Shown: positions 1 through 9,207 of the stretch, one piece after another
Position numbering within the stretch: the stretch's first letter is position 1
Layout of the letters: each line of letters begins with the position of its first letter
DNA from: Vicinamibacteria bacterium
GTDB lineage: Bacteria; Acidobacteriota; Vicinamibacteria; Fen-336
Reading direction: 5' to 3'
Assembly: GCA_035577965.1 (NCBI GenBank)
Contig: DATJYX010000078.1
Span: 20,590-84,589, forward strand
Length of the DNA: 64,000 bases
Notes under the pieces: model-generated
What the model was told of the DNA's origin: nothing
Database searches by the model: none
What the model saw: only the letters and a program-made list of their open reading frames with translations
Program-made: the position numbers and the translations under genes

Positions 1-2
1 CC

Positions 3-2378
3 CGGAGGCCGGCCTTCTCGGCGGTCGTCGTGCTCACCCTCGCGTTCGGCCTCGGCGCCAACGCGACGGTCTGGTGCTGGATCGACCATCTGGTCCGGAG
101 GCCGCTCCCGGGCGTCGCCCGACAGGAGGAGCTGGTCGTCTTCGTCTCGAGCGAGGGCGGAGGGAACGTCTCGGAGCTCGACCTCCACGACCTGACCGAC
201 CTTCCGGACGTCTTCGCCGGTTCCCTCCTGTCCCAGACGACGTTCGCGTCCCTGGAGGTCGACGAGCAGCCGGAGTGGGTGAACACCCAGATCGTCTCCG
301 CCGGCTACTTCGACGTCCTCGGTGTCAGGCCGCGGCTCGGGCGCGCGTTCCTGCCCGGCGAGGACAGGAAGCCGGGCGGCGACTCCGTCCTCGTGATCAG
401 CGAGCGGCTCTGGCGGCGCCGGTTCGCCGCCGACCCGGGCGTCGTGGGCCGCGTGGTCGAGCTGAACCGCCATCCCTTCACGATCGTGGGCGTGGCTCCG
501 AGCCCGTTCCGGGGGACGATGTCCGCCATCGCGTTCGACGTCTGGGCGCCCTCCTCGATGATCTGGGAGGTCCGGAACCAGCACCTCGACGGTCGCTCCT
601 CCCGCGGCTGGCACAACCTCGCCCGCCTCCGCCCGGGCGTGGACCTCGAGCGGGCTCGGGCCGCGGTCGCGGCCCGCAGCGCCCAGCTCACGCAGGCGTA
701 CCCGGACACGAACCGCGACATCCGCCATCGCCTGGTCCCCCTGGCCGAGTGCCCGTACGCCGCCCAGGCTGTCATGGGGCCCGTCCTGCGCCTGCTGCAG
801 GTGGTGAGCCTCGGCGTGCTTCTCATCGTGGCGGTGAACGTCGCGAACCTGTCGCTGGCGTCGGCGAGCAGCCGCCGCAAGGAGCTCGCGATCCAGCTCT
901 CCCTCGGGGCCAGCCGGTCCCGCCTCGTCCGCCAGCTCCTGGCCGAGAGCCTGCTCCTCGCCCTCGCCGGCGGCCTGCTGGGGACGCTTCTCGCGACGCG
1001 GGCGACGAGCGCGGTCACGCTCTTCCTGCCCGCGACGCCTCCCGGCGTCGTCCTCGACTTTCCGCTCGACGTTTCGACCCTCGCCTTCACGGCCCTGCTG
1101 ACCCTCGCGACCGGCCTCGGCTTCGGCCTCGTGACGGCGGTGCGGGCGACCCGGGTCCCGCTCCACGAGAGCCTCAAGGAGGGGGGGCGCTCGTCCGGGA
1201 GCGGCGCGCACCAGCGGTTGCGCAACGGCCTCGTCGTGGCCGAGGTCGCGCTGGCGCTCGCACTTCTCGTCGGGGCGGGGCTCTGCCTTCAAGGCCTGCG
1301 GAAGGCGAGGCAGATCCCCGTGGGCCTAGACCCCGACCACGTTCTCACGGCGAGCCTGCAGATCGGGATGAACGGCTACACGCCGGAGAGCGGGCTCGGC
1401 TTCTACCGCGAGCTGCGCCGGCGGCTGGCCGCTCTTCCCGGCGTCGAGGAAGCCGCCCTCGCGAGCTGGTTCCCGCTCGGCCTCTCCGGCTGCAAGGGGT
1501 CGGGAGTCGACGTCGAGGGCTACGTTCCTCCGGCGGGCGAGGACTCCACCTACGAGTTCGGCATCGTCTCACCGCGCTACTTCGCCGCGCTGCGCATCCC
1601 GCTCGTGGCGGGCCGCGAGTTCACGGACGCGGACGACATGGCCTCCGAGCGGGTGGCGATCGTCAACCGGGCCTTCGCGGAGCGGTTCTGGCCGGGCCGA
1701 GAGCCGCTCGGAAGACGCTTCCGCGCGCGCGGCCAGTGGCGCACGATCGTCGGACTGACCCCGACCGGCAAGTACAACCGGCTCGACGAGCCGCCGTGGC
1801 CGTTCTACTACCTGCCCGACCAGCAGGGAGTCTCCGACCTCGACCTGGGCCTCGCCGTCCGGACGAAGGGCGATCCCGACCCGCTCGCGGGCGCGGTCCG
1901 CGCAGCGGTGCGGGCGGTCGATCCCGCCGTGGATCCCCTGCGCACGCTGCCCCTGCGCAGCTACGTGGAGGCGGTGTACTTCCCGCAGCGCATGGCGTCC
2001 GGCCTCTTGCTGCTCCTGGGAGCCGTCTCGCTCGGCCTGGCCGCTCTCGGCGTTTACGGAGTGATGGCCTACGCGGTCTCCCTGCGCACCCAGGAGTTCG
2101 GGGTGCGCGTGGCGCTGGGCGCGACGGGGCGGGACGTCGTGTGGTTGGTGCTGAAGCAGAGCCTCGTCCTGACCGCGGTCGGGGTGTCGATCGGCCTCGC
2201 ACTCAGCCTGGCCCTGACCCGCCTCGTCGCGAGCTTCCTGAACGGCGTGAGCCCCTTCGACCCTCTGACCTACGCGGCCGTCCCCGCCTTCCTCGCCGTG
2301 GTGGCCCTGCTCGCGAGCAGCCTGCCCGCGCGCCGCGCGACACGGGTCGCCCCGAGCGTCGCCCTCCGCTCCGAGTGA
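3..2378 (+). CDS. ABC transporter permease, FtsX/MacB-like with periplasmic MacB-type core domain (N-terminus truncated at window edge)
   Basis: ORF 30..2378 is open to the window edge. It has a large periplasmic segment, a C-terminal FtsX-type four-helix region (GVYGVMAYAVSLRTQEFGVRVALGA) and a duplicated permease architecture typical of Acidobacterial orphan MacB-like permeases. Confidence 0.75.
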   Translation, partial: RRPAFSAVVVLTLAFGLGANATVWCWIDHLVRRPLPGVARQEELVVFVSSEGGGNVSELDLHDLTDLPDVFAGSLLSQTTFASLEVDEQPEWVNTQIVSAGYFDVLGVRPRLGRAFLPGEDRKPGGDSVLVISERLWRRRFAADPGVVGRVVELNRHPFTIVGVAPSPFRGTMSAIAFDVWAPSSMIWEVRNQHLDGRSSRGWHNLARLRPGVDLERARAAVAARSAQLTQAYPDTNRDIRHRLVPLAECPYAAQAVMGPVLRLLQVVSLGVLLIVAVNVANLSLASASSRRKELAIQLSLGASRSRLVRQLLAESLLLALAGGLLGTLLATRATSAVTLFLPATPPGVVLDFPLDVSTLAFTALLTLATGLGFGLVTAVRATRVPLHESLKEGGRSSGSGAHQRLRNGLVVAEVALALALLVGAGLCLQGLRKARQIPVGLDPDHVLTASLQIGMNGYTPESGLGFYRELRRRLAALPGVEEAALASWFPLGLSGCKGSGVDVEGYVPPAGEDSTYEFGIVSPRYFAALRIPLVAGREFTDADDMASERVAIVNRAFAERFWPGREPLGRRFRARGQWRTIVGLTPTGKYNRLDEPPWPFYYLPDQQGVSDLDLGLAVRTKGDPDPLAGAVRAAVRAVDPAVDPLRTLPLRSYVEAVYFPQRMASGLLLLLGAVSLGLAALGVYGVMAYAVSLRTQEFGVRVALGATGRDVVWLVLKQSLVLTAVGVSIGLALSLALTRLVASFLNGVSPFDPLTYAAVPAFLAVVALLASSLPARRATRVAPSVALRSE

Positions 2379-2435
2379 CCTGAGCCTCGGCCGGCCGCCG
2401 ACCGGCGCGGCCGGGGTCGGCGGGCGCCACGGCAG

Positions 2436-2464
2436 TTGAACGGGCTGGACGGCGCTCCTAGACT
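2436..2464 (+). promoter_or_regulatory. sigma70-like promoter TTGAAC-17 nt-TAGACT; the kgd ATG lies 7 nt downstream (probable leaderless or near-leaderless transcript)
   Basis: The -35 is at 2436-2441 (5/6 to TTGACA). An exact 17-nt spacer separates it from the -10 at 2459-2464. ATG 2472 begins the conserved Kgd N-terminus. Confidence 0.4.
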
Positions 2465-2471
2465 CTCAGGA

Positions 2472-5400
2472 ATGGGCGCCGCCGCCGAGCCCCTCCTGGA
2501 GACGCTGGTCCACGATTTCGGGGGCAACTACGTCTTCGCCCTCGACGTGCTGGAGCAGTATCGGCACGACCGGCGCAGCGTCGACGCCTCCTGGCGCAGC
2601 TACTTCGACAAGGCCCTCGGCCAGCCGCCCGAAGGCGACTCGGTGCCGGTGACCGTCATCGTCGAGGAGGCGCCCAAGGCGCAACCCGCGGCGCCGCCGC
2701 CGGGCCCGGGCTTGCAGACGCTCGCGCGGCAGGACGTGCCGGCCGTGGCGCCGGCCGAGCGCTCGCAGGCCGTGGCGCGGGTCTCGATCCTGCCCGGCGA
2801 CGTCCTGCAGCCGATCCGGGGCGGGGCGGTGCGGATCGTCGAGAACATGGAGGCGAGCCTCCAGATCCCGACCGCGACCTCGATGCGCACGGTCCCGGTG
2901 CGGACGCTCGAGGAGAACCGGCGGCTCCTGAACCGGCACCGGGAGGCGGCGGGGCAGGGCAAGGTGAGCTTCACCCACATCGTGGGCTGGGCCATCCTGC
3001 GCGCGCTCGACACCTTCCCGCGCCTGAACGACGCCTTCGCCGAGGTGGACGGCCAGCCCCACCGCATCCAGCGCGACCAGGTCCGGCTGGGCATCGCCGT
3101 CGACGTCCAGAAGAAGGACGGCTCGCGCACGCTCCTCGTCCCGAACATCAAGGACGCGCACAAGCTCGACTTCGCCGCCTTCCTGAAGGCCTTCGACGAC
3201 CTCGTGAGCCGCTCCCGCAAGGGACAGGTCTCGCCCGACGACTTCATGGGCACGACCGTCTCGCTGACCAATCCGGGCACGGTCGGCACGACGTCTTCCG
3301 CGCCGCGGCTCATGCCCGGCCAGGGCGTCATCGTCGCGACGGGGGCGCTCGACTACCCCGCCGAGTACAGGTCGATGGCCCCCCGGACGCTCGGCCTCCT
3401 CGGCATCAGCAAGGTGATGACGGTCACCTCGACCTACGACCACCGCATTGTGCAGGGCGCGGAGTCGGGCCTCTTCCTCGGCCGCATGGAGGAGCTGCTG
3501 AAAGGCGAGGACGGCTTCTACGACCGCATCTTCGCCGACCTCGGCCTGCCCCACCGGCCGGTGAAGTGGGAGATGGACGCGCACCCGGCGCTCTTCGGGA
3601 CGCCGGGCGGGCGCGAGGACGTCGAGAAGCAGACGAAGGTCCTGCAGCTCATCCACAACTTCCGGGTGCGCGGCCACCTCGTGGCCGACCTCGATCCGCT
3701 CGACCGCGCCCGCGCGCCCCACCGCGATCTCGACGCCGCGACCTACGGCCTCACCCTCTGGGACCTCGACCGCGAGTTCCTGACGGGGGGCCTCTCCGGC
3801 GAGGACAAGGCCACCCTGCGGGAGATCCTCGACACGCTCCGCGAGACCTACTGCGGCACGATCGGCGTCGAGTACATGTACATCGCCGACCCCGAGCGGA
3901 AGGAGTGGCTGCAGCACCGGATGGAGTCGAGCCGCAACTACCCGGCCCTCGACGGGGCGAGCAAGCGGCGCGTCCTCGAGAAGCTCGTCGCGGCGGAGAG
4001 CTTCGAGCGCTTCCTCCACACGAAGTACGTGGGCCACAAGCGCTTCTCCCTCGAGGGCGGGGAGACCCTCATCCCGCTCCTCGACCGGATCCTGAACGAC
4101 GCTGCTCTCACCGGCCTGCGCGAGGTGGTGATCGGGATGTCGCACCGCGGCCGGCTCAACGTGCTCGCGAACACGGTGGGGAAGCCGCTCGCCCAGATCT
4201 TCGCGGAGTTCGAGGGCACCGACCCGAGCTCCTACCAGGGCTCGGGGGACGTCAAGTACCACCTCGGGGCGACGGGCACGCACGTCGGGGAGACCGGGGA
4301 GACGATCACGGTCACGGTGGCTCCGAACCCGAGCCACCTCGAGTTCGTGAACCCCGTGGTCGAGGGCATGGTGCGGGCCAAGCAGGACGCGATCGGCGAC
4401 CGCGAGCACGCGCGGGTCCTGCCCGTCCTCCTCCACGGCGACGCCGCGTTCGCCGGCCAGGGTGTCGTGGCCGAGACCCTGCACCTCTCGGGCCTCCACG
4501 GCTACCGCACCGGCGGCACGATCCACGTCGTCGTGAACAACCAGATCGGCTTCACGACGCTGCCCGAAGACGCGCGCAGCTCGACCTACGCGACGGACGT
4601 GGCGAAGATGGTCCACGCCCCCGCCTTCCACGTGAACGGCGACGACCCGGAGGCGGTCGCGCACGTCGCCGGCCTCGCCCTCGAGTACCGGCAGCAGTTC
4701 CGCAAGGACGTGGTGGTCGACCTCGTCTGCTACCGCCGGTGGGGCCACAACGAGACCGACGAGCCGAGCTACACCCAGCCGCTCATGTACGCCAGGATCA
4801 AGGGCCATCCCTCCGCGGCCAGCCTGTACGGCGAGAAGCTCGTCCGCGAGGGGGTCGTGACGCGGGAGGATCTGGACAAGGTCTGGGCGGACAAGAAGGC
4901 GGCCGTGCAGTCGGAGAGGGGCGGCGACTCCACCCCCTTCGTCGCCGTCGCTCGGCGGGCGACGGTCGCGCCCACGATGCTCGACGCCTCGGCCATGTGG
5001 GGCCGCCTCAAGACCGCGCTCCGCGCCCTCGGCACGCTCCCCGACGGCTTCGAGATCCACCCCAAGCTCGTGCCGTTCGTCAGGAGGCGCAGCGAGCTGC
5101 TCGACGGGAAGGGCGAGGTGGACTGGGCGACCGCGGAGTCGCTCGCCTGGGGGACGCTGCTCCTGGAGGGGGTCCCGGTGCGCCTTTCGGGCCAGGACTC
5201 GGGCCGCGGCACCTTCTCCCAGCGCCACGCCGTCTTCTACGACGTGCGGACGCAGAAGGAGCACACGCCCCTCAACGCGATCGCCCCCGCCGGCGTCCGC
5301 TTCGAGGTCTACGACTCGCTCCTCTCGGAGGCCGCGGTCATGGGCTTCGAGTACGGCTACTCGGTGGCCGAGCACCGGGCGCTCGTGATGTGGGAGGCGC

Positions 5401-6149
5401 AGTTCGGCGACTTCATGAACGGGGCCCAGGTCATCATCGACCAGTTCCTCTGCGGCTCGGAGACGAAGTGGGGCCAGCCGAGCGGGCTCGTGCTGCTCCT
5501 GCCCCACGGCCACGAGGGCCAGGGCCCCGAGCACTCGAGCGCCCGCATCGAGCGCTTCCTCGTCCTCTGCGCCGAGGACAACCTGCGCGTCGCCTACCCC
5601 ACGACCCCGGCGTCCTACTTCCACCTCCTGCGCCTGCAGGGCCGGGAGCCCGTCGAGAAACCGCTCGTCGTCTTCACGCCGAAGAGCCTGCTGCGCAGCC
5701 CGCGCTGCGTGTCGTCGCTCGCCGAGCTCGCCGAGGGGCGGTTCGAGCCGGTCATCGACGACCGGACGGCTGACCCCGCCCGCGTCCGGCGCCTCGTGCT
5801 GTGCAGCGGCAAGGTCTACTTCGACCTGCTGAAGGCGCGGGAGGACGCGAAGCGGTGGGACGTCGCGCTCGTGCGCGTGGAGCGGCTCTACCCGTTCCCG
5901 GTGACCGCGCTCCGGGCGGCGCTCGGCCGCTACTCTCCGGAGGCCGTGATCGTCTGGTGCCAGGAGGAGCCGAGGAACATGGGCGCCTGGCCGTTCGTCC
6001 GCGAACGGTTCTTGGACGGCGACGCCGAGGCCCGGAGGAGGCCGCCACGCTACGCCGGCCGCGCCGCCTCCGCCGCGCCGGCCCCCGGCTCGCTGAAGGT
6101 GCACCTGGCGGAGCAGGAGGCTCTCCTCCGCGAGGCGCTCGGCGCCTAG
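2472..6149 (+). CDS. sucA: 2-oxoglutarate dehydrogenase E1 component with N-terminal E2-like succinyltransferase catalytic domain (Kgd/OdhA-type multifunctional enzyme)
   Basis: The 1237-aa ORF contains an E2 catalytic-domain signature (DHRIVQGAESGLFLGRMEELL) upstream of a full TPP-dependent E1 domain. Length and architecture match mycobacterial/corynebacterial Kgd/OdhA. The ATG at 2472 (Met13 of the track ORF) is preferred because a promoter-like element occupies 2436-2464. Confidence 0.85.
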   Translation: MGAAAEPLLETLVHDFGGNYVFALDVLEQYRHDRRSVDASWRSYFDKALGQPPEGDSVPVTVIVEEAPKAQPAAPPPGPGLQTLARQDVPAVAPAERSQAVARVSILPGDVLQPIRGGAVRIVENMEASLQIPTATSMRTVPVRTLEENRRLLNRHREAAGQGKVSFTHIVGWAILRALDTFPRLNDAFAEVDGQPHRIQRDQVRLGIAVDVQKKDGSRTLLVPNIKDAHKLDFAAFLKAFDDLVSRSRKGQVSPDDFMGTTVSLTNPGTVGTTSSAPRLMPGQGVIVATGALDYPAEYRSMAPRTLGLLGISKVMTVTSTYDHRIVQGAESGLFLGRMEELLKGEDGFYDRIFADLGLPHRPVKWEMDAHPALFGTPGGREDVEKQTKVLQLIHNFRVRGHLVADLDPLDRARAPHRDLDAATYGLTLWDLDREFLTGGLSGEDKATLREILDTLRETYCGTIGVEYMYIADPERKEWLQHRMESSRNYPALDGASKRRVLEKLVAAESFERFLHTKYVGHKRFSLEGGETLIPLLDRILNDAALTGLREVVIGMSHRGRLNVLANTVGKPLAQIFAEFEGTDPSSYQGSGDVKYHLGATGTHVGETGETITVTVAPNPSHLEFVNPVVEGMVRAKQDAIGDREHARVLPVLLHGDAAFAGQGVVAETLHLSGLHGYRTGGTIHVVVNNQIGFTTLPEDARSSTYATDVAKMVHAPAFHVNGDDPEAVAHVAGLALEYRQQFRKDVVVDLVCYRRWGHNETDEPSYTQPLMYARIKGHPSAASLYGEKLVREGVVTREDLDKVWADKKAAVQSERGGDSTPFVAVARRATVAPTMLDASAMWGRLKTALRALGTLPDGFEIHPKLVPFVRRRSELLDGKGEVDWATAESLAWGTLLLEGVPVRLSGQDSGRGTFSQRHAVFYDVRTQKEHTPLNAIAPAGVRFEVYDSLLSEAAVMGFEYGYSVAEHRALVMWEAQFGDFMNGAQVIIDQFLCGSETKWGQPSGLVLLLPHGHEGQGPEHSSARIERFLVLCAEDNLRVAYPTTPASYFHLLRLQGREPVEKPLVVFTPKSLLRSPRCVSSLAELAEGRFEPVIDDRTADPARVRRLVLCSGKVYFDLLKAREDAKRWDVALVRVERLYPFPVTALRAALGRYSPEAVIVWCQEEPRNMGAWPFVRERFLDGDAEARRRPPRYAGRAASAAPAPGSLKVHLAEQEALLREALGA

Positions 6150-6234
6150 TAGGCCCCCTCCGCACCCACCGCGGCGGTATACTGGACTCATCGGGGGCAG
6201 AAGGGCCGCCCCATCCCCTTCAGAGACGAGGAGC

Positions 6235-8130
6235 ATGGCCACCACCGCCGCACCGCCACGCCGTCGCGAGGTACTCGAGAGCGCCGTCATCCGCTTCGCC
6301 GGGGACTCCGGCGACGGGATGCAGATCACCGGAAGCCAGTTCACGAACACGGTCGCCCTCTTCGGGAACGACATCGCCACCTTCCCCGACTACCCGGCCG
6401 AGATCCGCGCCCCCGCCGGCACCCTGCCCGGGGTGAGCGGCTACCAGGTCCACTTCGGCGCTCGGGACATCGCCACCCCAGGCGACGCGGTGGACGCGCT
6501 CGTGGCCATGAACCCGGCCGCGCTGAAGGTCAACCTGCCCGACCTGAAGCGGGGCGGCCTCCTCATCGTCAACGCCGACGACTTCAAGGAGACCGACCTC
6601 AAGAAGGCGGGCATGACGACGAGCCCCCTCGAGGACCGCTCGCTCGAGGGCTACCGGTTCTTCCCGGTCGAGCTCACGAAGCTCACCCGGGCCGCGTTGC
6701 GCGAGACGGGCCTCGACGCGAAGAGCATGGACCGGTGCAAGAACTTCTTCGCGCTCGGCATGTGCTACTGGCTGTACAACCGCTCGATGGACGCCACCTA
6801 CCGGTGGCTCGACGAGAAGTTCAAGGCCAAGCCGGTCCTCGCCGAGGCGAACAAGCTCGCCCTCAAGGCGGGATACGCCTACTGCGACGCCACCGAGGCC
6901 TTCCTGACGACCTTCGAGGTGCCGCCGGCCCGGCTCGCCCCCGGCCTCTACCGAAACCTCTCCGGCAACAGCGCCCTCGCCCTCGGCTTCGTGGCCGCCT
7001 CGCAGAAGGCGGGGATCCGGCTCTTCCAGGGCAGCTACCCGATCACGCCCGCCTCCGACATCCTCCACGAGCTCTCGATGTACAAGGAGTTCGGGGTCGT
7101 GACCTTCCAGGCCGAGGACGAGATCGCGGCGATCACCGCCGCGATCGGCGCCGCCTACGCGGGCTCGCTCGCCATCACCACGACCTCCGGCCCCGGCATG
7201 TCGCTCAAGACGGAGGCGATCGGCCTCGCCGTCGCGGTCGAGCTGCCCCTCATCGTCGTGGACATCCAGCGCGGCGGGCCCTCGACGGGCCTCCCCACGA
7301 AGACCGAGCAGGCCGATCTCTTCCAGGCCCTCTTCGGGCGGAACTCGGAGGCCCCGGTCCCGGTGCTCGCCGCCTCGTCTCCCGGAGACTGCTTCTGGGT
7401 CGCGCTCGAAGCGAGCCGGATCGCGATCAAGTACATGGTGCCGGTCATCGTGCTCTCCGACGGGTACCTCGCGAACGGCGCCGAGCCGTGGCGCGTCCCT
7501 GGGATCGACGAGCTCCCGGAGATCCCCGTCCGGTTCCGCACCGACCCCGCCGGCTTCCGGCCCTACGATCGCGAGCCGCGCACGCTCGCCCGACCCTGGG
7601 TCGTTCCCGGAACGCCGGGTCTCGAGCACCGCGTGGGCGGGATCGAGAAGGAGGACGGCACCGGGAACATCAGCTACGACCCGCTCAACCACGAGGCGAT
7701 GGTCCGGCTGCGCGCGGCCAAGGTGGAGGCGGTGGCGCAGGACGTGCCCGACGCCGTGCCCGCCGGCGATCCCGAGGGAGAGCTCCTGATCGTCGGCTGG
7801 GGCTCGACGTACGGCGCCATCACTGCCGCGCTCCGGGCGCAGCGGAAGAAGGGCCGGCGGATCGGGCACGTGCACCTCCGCCACCTCAACCCGCTGCCGA
7901 GGAACCTCGGCCAGGTCCTGGAGCGCTACAAGCGGGTGCTCGTGCCCGAGCTCAACATGGGACAGCTGCTGTGGGTCCTCCGCGCGAAGTACCTCGTCGA
8001 CGCGGTCGGCTACGCCAAGGTCCAGGGCAAGCCGTTCAAGCAGTCCGAGCTCGAGTCGAAGATCGAGGAGGTCCTGGGCGCGCGGCCCTCGGAGGACGCG
8101 GCGTCCGCCTCTCGGAAGCGGAGGGAGTAG
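6235..8130 (+). CDS. korA: 2-oxoglutarate:ferredoxin oxidoreductase alpha subunit (2-oxoacid:acceptor oxidoreductase, KorA)
   Basis: The 631-aa ORF has a pyruvate/2-oxoglutarate ferredoxin oxidoreductase alpha architecture (GDSGDGMQ TPP/gamma-like N-terminus, QAEDEIAAITAAIGAAYAGSLA). A GAGGAG SD precedes the ATG. Confidence 0.85.
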   Translation: MATTAAPPRRREVLESAVIRFAGDSGDGMQITGSQFTNTVALFGNDIATFPDYPAEIRAPAGTLPGVSGYQVHFGARDIATPGDAVDALVAMNPAALKVNLPDLKRGGLLIVNADDFKETDLKKAGMTTSPLEDRSLEGYRFFPVELTKLTRAALRETGLDAKSMDRCKNFFALGMCYWLYNRSMDATYRWLDEKFKAKPVLAEANKLALKAGYAYCDATEAFLTTFEVPPARLAPGLYRNLSGNSALALGFVAASQKAGIRLFQGSYPITPASDILHELSMYKEFGVVTFQAEDEIAAITAAIGAAYAGSLAITTTSGPGMSLKTEAIGLAVAVELPLIVVDIQRGGPSTGLPTKTEQADLFQALFGRNSEAPVPVLAASSPGDCFWVALEASRIAIKYMVPVIVLSDGYLANGAEPWRVPGIDELPEIPVRFRTDPAGFRPYDREPRTLARPWVVPGTPGLEHRVGGIEKEDGTGNISYDPLNHEAMVRLRAAKVEAVAQDVPDAVPAGDPEGELLIVGWGSTYGAITAALRAQRKKGRRIGHVHLRHLNPLPRNLGQVLERYKRVLVPELNMGQLLWVLRAKYLVDAVGYAKVQGKPFKQSELESKIEEVLGARPSEDAASASRKRRE

Positions 8131-8132
8131 AG

Positions 8133-9152
8133 ATGGCCGCGACCGTCCCGACGTACACGAAGAAGGACTTCCAGAGCGACCAGGAGGTGCGCTGGTGCCC
8201 GGGCTGCGGGGACTACGCGATCCTCGCCGCGGTCCAGTCGGTCTTCCCGGAGCTCGGCGTCCCTCGGGAGAAGTTCGTGGTCGTGTCGGGCATCGGCTGC
8301 TCGAGCCGCTTCCCGTACTACATGGGGACGTTCGGCTTCCACGGGATCCACGGCCGGGCGCCGGCGATCGCGACGGGGCTCAAGATCGCGCGGCCCGACC
8401 TCGAGGTCTGGGTCGCGACGGGAGACGGGGACTCCCTCTCGATCGGCGGCAACCACACGATCCACATGCTGCGCCGCAATGTCGGGATCAAGGTGCTCCT
8501 CTTCAACAACCGGATCTACGGCCTCACCAAGGGCCAGTACTCGCCCACGTCCGAGCTCGGGAAGAAGGCGAAATCGACGCCCTACGGCTCCCTCGATCGT
8601 CCCTTCAACCCGCTGTCGCTCGCCCTCGGGGCGGAGGCGACGTTCGTGGCCCGCTCGGTGGACGTCTTCCAGCCCCACCTGAAGGCGGTGCTCCGCAAGG
8701 CCGCCGCCCACGAGGGCTCTGCCTTCGTCGAGGTGCTGCAGAACTGCAACATCTTCAACGACGGGGCGTGGGAGAACCTGACCGACAAGGACGTGCGCGA
8801 CGACCACACGATCGCGGTCGAGCACGGGAAGCCGCTCGTCTTCGGCAAGAACCGCGACCGGGGCCTCCGCACGAAGGGGCTCGCCCTCGAGGTGGTGAAG
8901 CTCGGCGGCGGCGTGAGCGAGGCGGACCTGATCGTGCACGACGAGCGCAATCCGAACCCCGCGTACGCGTTCCTCCTGTCGCGGATGGACTCGACACCGG
9001 GCTTTCCGACACCGATCGGCGTCCTGCGCGCGGTCGAGGCTCCGCGCTACGAGGTGCAGATCGACGAGCAGGTGCGCGCGGTGACCGATCGCAAGGGGAA
9101 GGGCGATCTCTCGCGCCTCCTGCGGGCGGGCGACACCTGGGAGGTGCGGTGA
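8133..9152 (+). CDS. korB: 2-oxoglutarate:ferredoxin oxidoreductase beta subunit (TPP-binding, KorB)
   Basis: The 339-aa C-terminal part of track ORF 6735..9152 begins at ATG 8133, 2 nt after the korA stop. It has a CPGCGDY Fe-S/TPP motif and a GDGD TPP-binding motif typical of KorB. Confidence 0.85.
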   Translation: MAATVPTYTKKDFQSDQEVRWCPGCGDYAILAAVQSVFPELGVPREKFVVVSGIGCSSRFPYYMGTFGFHGIHGRAPAIATGLKIARPDLEVWVATGDGDSLSIGGNHTIHMLRRNVGIKVLLFNNRIYGLTKGQYSPTSELGKKAKSTPYGSLDRPFNPLSLALGAEATFVARSVDVFQPHLKAVLRKAAAHEGSAFVEVLQNCNIFNDGAWENLTDKDVRDDHTIAVEHGKPLVFGKNRDRGLRTKGLALEVVKLGGGVSEADLIVHDERNPNPAYAFLLSRMDSTPGFPTPIGVLRAVEAPRYEVQIDEQVRAVTDRKGKGDLSRLLRAGDTWEVR

Positions 9153-9207
9153 CACCTGGCCTCGAGATCACTCGCGTGCCCGCCGGACCGGGGCACGCTC
9201 GGGTGCG

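Noticed and set aside
2466-6380. Very long antisense ORFs: 1304 aa at 2466..6380 (-), 775 aa at 17805..20132 (-), 1084 aa at 20247..23501 (-), 919 aa at 23574..26333 (-), 1410 aa at 33068..37300 (+), 1587 aa at 49127..53890 (-), 1023 aa at 59928..62999 (+)
   Set aside because: Each lies antisense to a gene with clear conserved-domain content. The products are Arg/Gly/Ala/Pro-rich low-complexity strings with no motifs. They are the expected stop-codon-poor artefacts of a roughly 70% GC genome.
6735-9152. 805-aa ORF suggesting a korA-korB fusion. Similarly 42209..45760 (OMP joined to a selD-antisense frame), 43849..46947, 46080..49007, 48594..50135, 49610..50902 and 51100..54699
   Set aside because: In each case only the C-terminal segment matches a protein family. 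The N-terminal extension runs through the neighbouring gene in another frame. Starts were reset by motif and codon arithmetic.
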